A stretch of DNA of 64,000 nucleotides, from assembly GCA_041665005.1 (NCBI GenBank), contig JBAYJR010000002.1, positions 25,120-89,119 on the forward strand. Reading direction: 5' to 3'. This document shows positions 58,353 to 64,000 of the stretch, piece by piece; within the stretch, counting starts at the first letter, position 1, and every line of letters begins with the position of its first letter. The notes beneath the pieces are model-generated. The model saw only the letters and a program-made list of their open reading frames with translations. It searched no databases and was not told where the DNA came from. Source of the DNA: Candidatus Buchananbacteria bacterium (GTDB lineage: Bacteria > Patescibacteriota > Patescibacteriia > 2-01-FULL-39-33 > JBAYJR01). Made by a program: the position numbers and the translations under genes.

Positions 58353-61100
58353 ATGGCTAGCAAAAAAATCAATCTTTCGGGGACTAAACCTTCTAAAAAA
58401 TTAAAGACAAAGAAGGTTATTTTGGCGACTAAAGGTAAAACAGCCGAAGTTAAACGTTTGGCTGATCCTAGTTTAGATTTATTGCATTTATTGGCAAAAA
58501 ACGGCATTGATTTGGGAATTACCCCGATTATTTCTAATAAAAATTTGGGGGGAACTCAGAAAAAGTTTGCTAAACCGCCTAAAATTAACAAAATTAAAGT
58601 TTTAGCGGCAACTCCTCGTCGGTCAGGTAAGGCGTTGCCTAAGGAAATAAAAATAACGTTTAAAGTTAAGCAAAAAAAGCCAATTCCTTCACCACACTTG
58701 TTAAATTTAAAAAAGTGGTTAGAGTTATCCACCGCTCAAAAAAGATCTTTATTAATTAGTAAAATAATTCCCGAAGTAAAATCGGAATTAAAAACCGGTA
58801 AATGGTTGAATTTTTGGTTTTTGGAAAATAGTCCGTTGTTGAATTGGACCAAGCAGGCTTTAAAAAGTTCTCCGGCCATAGAAGTTAATTCTTACTTAAC
58901 TAGCGCTAAGCCAAATTGGACTGAAAAAAATCTATGGATCGCTGAAAAACCCGCCAAGAATATTAAATCAGTGGCCGAAGAAAAATTAGTTACACCGTTA
59001 ATTATTGAAGATGAGGCTGGTGAAGTCGGTTGGCGACAAAATCAACTTTTAACCTGGCCAAATATTAAACAAAGAATTGCCTTTGGCGAATTGGCGCCAG
59101 TTTTTTATACGTTTAAAAGAGTCACGGTTTTTTTAATGGTAAGCTTTTTAATTTTAACGCCGCTGTTATTTTTTGGTTATTATCAAAACTTGCAAGTTAG
59201 TCGCGGTCAAATTTTAGGAGTTAGCACCAAAGGGGTGGAGCAATTAATGGCGGCCGGTCAAGCGGCCTCGCAGTTTAATTTACCGTTGGCGGATCAAAAA
59301 TTTAATGACGCTAAACAGGCTTTTGGCCAAGCGCAGGAGCAATTAAAGCAAACTTTAGGAATAGTGGGTGCTTTGGCGCAGTGGGCGCCGTTTGCCAATC
59401 AAATCCGTTCGGGGCAGGAAATTTTAGCCGCTGGGCAAAGCATTGCCGAAGCTGGCCGATATTTAAGTCAAGGTTTAAATCCCTTAACTACTACTGCTAG
59501 TAGTACTGCCAAATTGCCATTAACGGCTAAGTTGCGTTATTTGCAAAATAGCGCCCAGTTGGCTTTGGCAAAAATTAGCTTGGCGCAAAAGCAGGTGAAT
59601 GAAGTGTCTGTTAAAGATGTTCCGGCCGATAAACAAGTGGCTTGGCAACAATTGAATAACACTTTGCCAAGTTTGATTACTAATTTAAGAAGTTCCAGTC
59701 AGGCCTTAGAAATAATTTTAAATTTATTGGGCGAAACCGAACCCAGTCGGGTATTGGTGTTGTTACAAAATAATCATGAACTAAGAGCCACCGGAGGCTT
59801 TGTTGGTAGCTATGCTTTGGTAGATGTTAAGCAAGGACAAGTAGTTAAATTAGAAGTACCAGCCGGTGGTAGTTATGACTTAAAAGGTGGGGCGACTAAA
59901 AATATTACGGCGCCACGGGCCTTGCAAATGATCAATCCGGTTTGGAGTTTTTGGGATGCAAATTGGTGGCCGGATTTTCCAGCTTCGGCGCGAAATATTT
60001 TGTGGTTTTACCAAAAAAGTGGCGGACCTTCGGTTGATTATCTTTTGGCCTTTAATGTAGAAATGGTGGCGAAATTGCTAGGAATTATTGGGCCTATTCA
60101 AAGCGGTGACCAAGTAATCAATCAGGCTAATTTAGTGGAAGTTTTGCAAACCGCTTCGGAAGCGCAAAGATTTGTGGTGGGAGGTAAACCCAAACAAATG
60201 ATTTCTGATTTAACGCCTCAGTTGATTCAAAAAATTATTCAAAGTTCGCCCGAACAATTTTTAGAAATTATTGCTTTATTGCAACAGGCGCTCAGCCAAA
60301 AAGATTTAATGTTGTTTGCTAGTGATAATTTAGAGCAAGCCAAGATTATTGAAGCTAATTGGGGAGGAGAACTAAAATCAACGGCGGGAGATTATTTGGC
60401 GGTGATCAATACTAATATTGGTGGCGGTAAAACGGATAACGCTATTAAACAAGAAATTAGATTACAGTCTAAAATTTTGCCGGATAATTCGGTAATTAAT
60501 ACTTTGATTATTAAACGGCAACATCAGGGGTTACTTGGTGATCATTTTACTAAAGATCCTAATAATAGCTACCTTAGAATTTATGTGCCCGCTGGTGCTA
60601 AGTTATTATTAGCTCAGGGCTTTAACCCGCCAGCCGCCAGCGAGTATGAAGTTTCTACGGTTAAAACGCAGGATTCGGAATTTTTACAAGCCGAAAAAAA
60701 TGCCCAAATTGATCCAGCCTCTGGCACGGCGGTTTACCAAGAATTTGGTAAAACAGTTTTTGCTAATTGGCTAAGGTTAAAACCAGGCCAAAGCCAAGAG
60801 ATTATTTTGCAATATTTATTGCCGTTTAAGTTGCAAGCGCAAAAGCAAAGCAGTGGTTGGTTTAGTAGCTTAAAAGAGTTTTTTCAAACAGATTTTTCTT
60901 TAGTTAATTATTCTCTGTTAGTGCAACGTCAAGCGGGCAGTGGCCTAGATCAGTTTTTTTCGCGATTAGTTTTTCCTAGCCAATTAAAACCCTATTGGTA
61001 TTATCCCGACAGCTTAACGGTATTGGGTCAAGAAATTAATGGTCAAACAGTAATTAATCAAGATTTTTATAGCTCAATTAATTTTTTAGCGCCTAATTAA
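58353..61100 (+). CDS. DUF4012 domain membrane protein
   Basis: TM; LLQN..ELRATGGFVGS, DANWWPDFP.SA, NIGGGKT, YLRIYVP.G. Confidence 0.88.
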   Translation: MASKKINLSGTKPSKKLKTKKVILATKGKTAEVKRLADPSLDLLHLLAKNGIDLGITPIISNKNLGGTQKKFAKPPKINKIKVLAATPRRSGKALPKEIKITFKVKQKKPIPSPHLLNLKKWLELSTAQKRSLLISKIIPEVKSELKTGKWLNFWFLENSPLLNWTKQALKSSPAIEVNSYLTSAKPNWTEKNLWIAEKPAKNIKSVAEEKLVTPLIIEDEAGEVGWRQNQLLTWPNIKQRIAFGELAPVFYTFKRVTVFLMVSFLILTPLLFFGYYQNLQVSRGQILGVSTKGVEQLMAAGQAASQFNLPLADQKFNDAKQAFGQAQEQLKQTLGIVGALAQWAPFANQIRSGQEILAAGQSIAEAGRYLSQGLNPLTTTASSTAKLPLTAKLRYLQNSAQLALAKISLAQKQVNEVSVKDVPADKQVAWQQLNNTLPSLITNLRSSSQALEIILNLLGETEPSRVLVLLQNNHELRATGGFVGSYALVDVKQGQVVKLEVPAGGSYDLKGGATKNITAPRALQMINPVWSFWDANWWPDFPASARNILWFYQKSGGPSVDYLLAFNVEMVAKLLGIIGPIQSGDQVINQANLVEVLQTASEAQRFVVGGKPKQMISDLTPQLIQKIIQSSPEQFLEIIALLQQALSQKDLMLFASDNLEQAKIIEANWGGELKSTAGDYLAVINTNIGGGKTDNAIKQEIRLQSKILPDNSVINTLIIKRQHQGLLGDHFTKDPNNSYLRIYVPAGAKLLLAQGFNPPAASEYEVSTVKTQDSEFLQAEKNAQIDPASGTAVYQEFGKTVFANWLRLKPGQSQEIILQYLLPFKLQAQKQSSGWFSSLKEFFQTDFSLVNYSLLVQRQAGSGLDQFFSRLVFPSQLKPYWYYPDSLTVLGQEINGQTVINQDFYSSINFLAPN

Positions 61101-61111
61101 ATAAATTTTGT

Positions 61112-63010
61112 ATGGCTAAAAAAACAAACAATGAATTACCGATTAATAAATTAATTGAAAGTCGTCAGGTGGAAATTTTGGCGGAAGAAGATTTGATAAT
61201 TCACGAAGGACTTAAACAGGTTTATGCTGACGGCAATGGGATATTGCCAGATTTATCTAAGATTGAAAAAAAACAAACCTCTTGGTGGTTTTCTTCTCTA
61301 GTTTGGACGGTTATTATTTTAGCGGTGTTGACGGCGATTTCTTGGTTGATGTTTTTTTGGTGGTCTAACGGCAATGAAAAATTTAGTGGCAAAAATGTTA
61401 GCGTCAAAATCAGCGGTCCGTTAGTAATCAGTCCCGGGCAAGCCACGGACTATAGCTTAATTATTACCAATCAAGAACAAGTAGATATTTATAATCTAAA
61501 CTTAGAATTAAATTATCCGGAAAATTTTGTTTTGGCTTCGTCTACGCCCGAACCTTTTAGTGAATCGCAAACCAATTTTTGGAAGTTTGCCGTTTTAAAA
61601 AGCGGCCAGAGTCAAAAAATAGATTTTAAGGGAATAACTTGGGCCGACAAAAACAGTACTCAGAATCTTTCGGCCAGTTTAAAATTTCGGCCGGCTAATT
61701 TTAATGCCGATTTTAAAGCGGAAAATGTTTTGGAGTTAAATGTGGGTGTCGGTGCGGTCAGTTTGGTTTTGTCTGGCTCGGATAAAATTTTACCGGAACA
61801 ACCCGCCGCTTATAGTTTAAAATTTAAAAATAATTCCTCGGAAACTTTAAAAGATTTACAGCTGGTAGTAATTCCGCCAGCCGCTTATGTGCTTAAACAG
61901 GCTTCAGTTGAAGCAGAAAAAGATCAGACTGGTTTGTGGCTAATTAAACAATTAAAAGCCGGAGAAGAAGGAGAAGTTAAGATCTCAGGAAACTATGAAG
62001 CCAGTAAATTAATTGGACCGCAAGAATTTAAAGCTCAGATAAAACTTAAAGGGCCGGCCGATAATTATTTTGTGTTGGATGAGCAAGTAATTGATTTGAC
62101 TGTTGTTAAAGATCAGGTTTCTTTAGATTTGGTGATAAACAATTCAGCACAGAATCAGGTTATTAATTTTGGTGAGACTTTAAATTACGTTATTAGTTTT
62201 AATAATAATAATCAGACGGCGCTAGATAACTTGGAACTTAGCCTTAAGTTGGATTCGCAAATTTTAGACTGGAGTTCTTTAAAAGATTCTAATCAAGGGA
62301 AAATTACAGACAATGTCATTACTTGGACTTCTAAAGAAATAAAAAATTTAGTCACTTTGGCGGGTGGTCAGGGCAGTAGCCTAAAATTGGTTATTAAAGT
62401 TAAGGATAATTCGGTAATTAATGACCCTAAGGTGACTAATTTTGGAGTTAAGAGCCAGGCGACATTAAGTTTTAAGTCGGCCGACGGTAGTGTTAATTCG
62501 GTGGTTAGTCAAGAATTATCCGAAGAAGTTAATTCTGATGCCAGTATTTCGGCAGTTGGTCGTTATTTTACAGCCGATGGTACGGCTGTGGGCTCGGGGC
62601 CTTTGCCACCCAAAGCGGGCCAGACTACTACTTATCAAATTGGTTGGCAAATTAATAATTCTTTGCATGAATTAGCTGATTTGAAATTTGTAATTACTTT
62701 GCCGGCGGGGATTACTTGGGCTAATCATACTGATTTAGAGGCTGGCAGTTTAGTTTATAATGCCAGCAATCGTTCAGTCACTTGGTCCATTAATCGTTTG
62801 CCAAAAACAGTTAGAAAAATAAGTGCTACTTTTAACGTCAGTGTCACGCCAGTGGCCAGTCAACGAGGTAAATTATTGACTTTAATTCCGGAGTCCAGTT
62901 TAACTACCACTGACAAACAAACCGGCGCTCAGCTTAATTTAACTGCTCCGGCGGTAACAACGGATTTGGTGAATGACGTAAATGCGGCGGGCAAGGGGAT
63001 TGTAGAATAA
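61112..63010 (+). CDS. membrane-anchored Ig-like (DUF11-like) repeat protein
   Basis: TM followed by repeated G....Y.I...N beta-sandwich units; GPLPPK motif. Confidence 0.7.
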   Translation: MAKKTNNELPINKLIESRQVEILAEEDLIIHEGLKQVYADGNGILPDLSKIEKKQTSWWFSSLVWTVIILAVLTAISWLMFFWWSNGNEKFSGKNVSVKISGPLVISPGQATDYSLIITNQEQVDIYNLNLELNYPENFVLASSTPEPFSESQTNFWKFAVLKSGQSQKIDFKGITWADKNSTQNLSASLKFRPANFNADFKAENVLELNVGVGAVSLVLSGSDKILPEQPAAYSLKFKNNSSETLKDLQLVVIPPAAYVLKQASVEAEKDQTGLWLIKQLKAGEEGEVKISGNYEASKLIGPQEFKAQIKLKGPADNYFVLDEQVIDLTVVKDQVSLDLVINNSAQNQVINFGETLNYVISFNNNNQTALDNLELSLKLDSQILDWSSLKDSNQGKITDNVITWTSKEIKNLVTLAGGQGSSLKLVIKVKDNSVINDPKVTNFGVKSQATLSFKSADGSVNSVVSQELSEEVNSDASISAVGRYFTADGTAVGSGPLPPKAGQTTTYQIGWQINNSLHELADLKFVITLPAGITWANHTDLEAGSLVYNASNRSVTWSINRLPKTVRKISATFNVSVTPVASQRGKLLTLIPESSLTTTDKQTGAQLNLTAPAVTTDLVNDVNAAGKGIVE

Positions 63011-63020
63011 ATAAAAAATA

Positions 63021-64000
63021 ATGTTTAAATTACTAAAAACCTCAACTAAATCTTTAGCGCGTTTAGGTCGCCTAAAGACCACGCACGGCGAAATTTCTAC
63101 GCCATTTTTTATGCCGATTGCTACCAAGGGAGCGGTTAAGAATTTAATGCCTGTGGAACTTAAAGATTTGGGAGCGGAAATTATTTTGTCCAATACTTAC
63201 CATTTGTGGCTCCGGCCAGGTTTAAAAGTTTTAAATAAGGTCAAAGGGTTGCACAATTTTATGCAATGGCCGGGGCCAATTCTAACTGATTCGGGTGGTT
63301 ATCAGGTTTTTTCTTTAACTAAACTTAGAAAAATTTCTGAGGCGGGGATTAAATTTAAAGACCCAACTACTGGTGAGCAAAAATTTTTAACTCCGGAATT
63401 AGCCATAAAAATTCAACAGGCGATTGGCTCGGATATCATGATGGCTTTAGATGAATGCCCGCCTTATCCGGCAACTAAAGACTATGTTAAAAAGTCGTTA
63501 GCGCTTACGGAACGTTGGGCTTTACGGTGTTTAGCGGCCAATCAAAAAAATTCCCGTCAGCAATTATTTGGGATTGTGCAAGGTGGAATTTATAAAGATT
63601 TACGTCAAGCCGCGGCCCAGTTTTTAGCCGATCAAAAATTTGCCGGCTACGCCTTGGGTGGTCTAGCGGTTGGTGAGCCAATCAAAAAAATGTATCAAGT
63701 CTTAACCTGGACGGTGCCTTTTTTACCAGCCGATAAGCCACGCTATTTAATGGGTTTGGGTTTACCGGAGCAAATAGTTGAAGCCGTCAAGCGGGGAATT
63801 GATATGTTTGATTGTGTTATTCCCACTCGGGAAGCCAGACACGGCCGGCTGTATTTGTGGCGCAAATCAGCATTAGGTAAAGGGTTTTATCAGACCATTA
63901 ATATTACCAATGCTAAGTTTGCTAATAATTTTAAACCGATTAATCAGACTACTTTAAAAAAATATTCACTAGCTTATTTACATCATTTATTTAAAACCAA
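63021..64000 (+). CDS. tgt: queuine tRNA-ribosyltransferase (3'-truncated by the window)
   Basis: ARLGRL.T.HG...TPFFMP, ILSNTYHL, LTDSGGYQVFSL, GIVQGG, GGLAVGE, DMFDCV.PTR. Confidence 0.96.
   Translation, partial: MFKLLKTSTKSLARLGRLKTTHGEISTPFFMPIATKGAVKNLMPVELKDLGAEIILSNTYHLWLRPGLKVLNKVKGLHNFMQWPGPILTDSGGYQVFSLTKLRKISEAGIKFKDPTTGEQKFLTPELAIKIQQAIGSDIMMALDECPPYPATKDYVKKSLALTERWALRCLAANQKNSRQQLFGIVQGGIYKDLRQAAAQFLADQKFAGYALGGLAVGEPIKKMYQVLTWTVPFLPADKPRYLMGLGLPEQIVEAVKRGIDMFDCVIPTREARHGRLYLWRKSALGKGFYQTINITNAKFANNFKPINQTTLKKYSLAYLHHLFKT

Noticed and set aside
3143-63193. Many short antisense or alternate-frame ORFs (e.g. 4854, 5310, 8040, 11641, 16574, 24792, 31912, 36243, 38315, 40212, 42678, 56882, 62939)
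   Set aside because: They overlap well-supported genes and show no motifs or expression signals; shadow ORFs
1-64000. CRISPR array, transposase, integrase, reverse transcriptase, prophage genes
   Set aside because: No regularly spaced repeats and no diagnostic motifs seen
1-64000. Alternative genetic code (TGA=Gly, as in Gracilibacteria)
   Set aside because: Long genes read through under code 11 and TGA acts as a stop (e.g. 12490, 35895)

Overview
AT-rich, gene-dense bacterial chromosome segment, almost all on the + strand, standard genetic code. The gene content suggests a Patescibacteria/CPR (Parcubacteria-like) genome: VirB4/TraD-like ATPase, CPR-type Nif3, DUF4012, GT4 cluster and leaders without Shine-Dalgarno (SD) motifs. 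This assignment is inference. Housekeeping genes include dnaX, tRNA-Gln(CTG), rlmH, an Rrf2-sufCBDSU operon, sod, murJ, ADP-forming acetate-CoA ligase, lepA, typA, recJ, rnhA, RNase P RNA and a partial tgt. Main points of interest: (1) a 6-kb island bounded by 52-bp direct repeats carries an unannotated 34-aa precursor-like peptide plus two radical SAM enzymes and two methyltransferases, a candidate new RiPP system; (2) seven proteins in two arrays share one ~60-aa N-terminal helical module fused to three unrelated binding folds (WG repeats, WD40 propeller, DGR-type C-lectin-like domain), a candidate modular export/display system; (3) two of these genes end in DGR-like variable regions, with no reverse transcriptase in the window; (4) a GIY-YIG mini-element duplicates the 5' end of tRNA-Gln; (5) about 13 orphan genes carry a strong GGAGG, most with their own promoter and terminator, while conserved genes lack SD; (6) a likely dnaX -1 frameshift site, a catalytically degenerate acetate kinase and an RNase P RNA with palindromic insertions. 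All family calls come from motif recognition by eye, not database searches.
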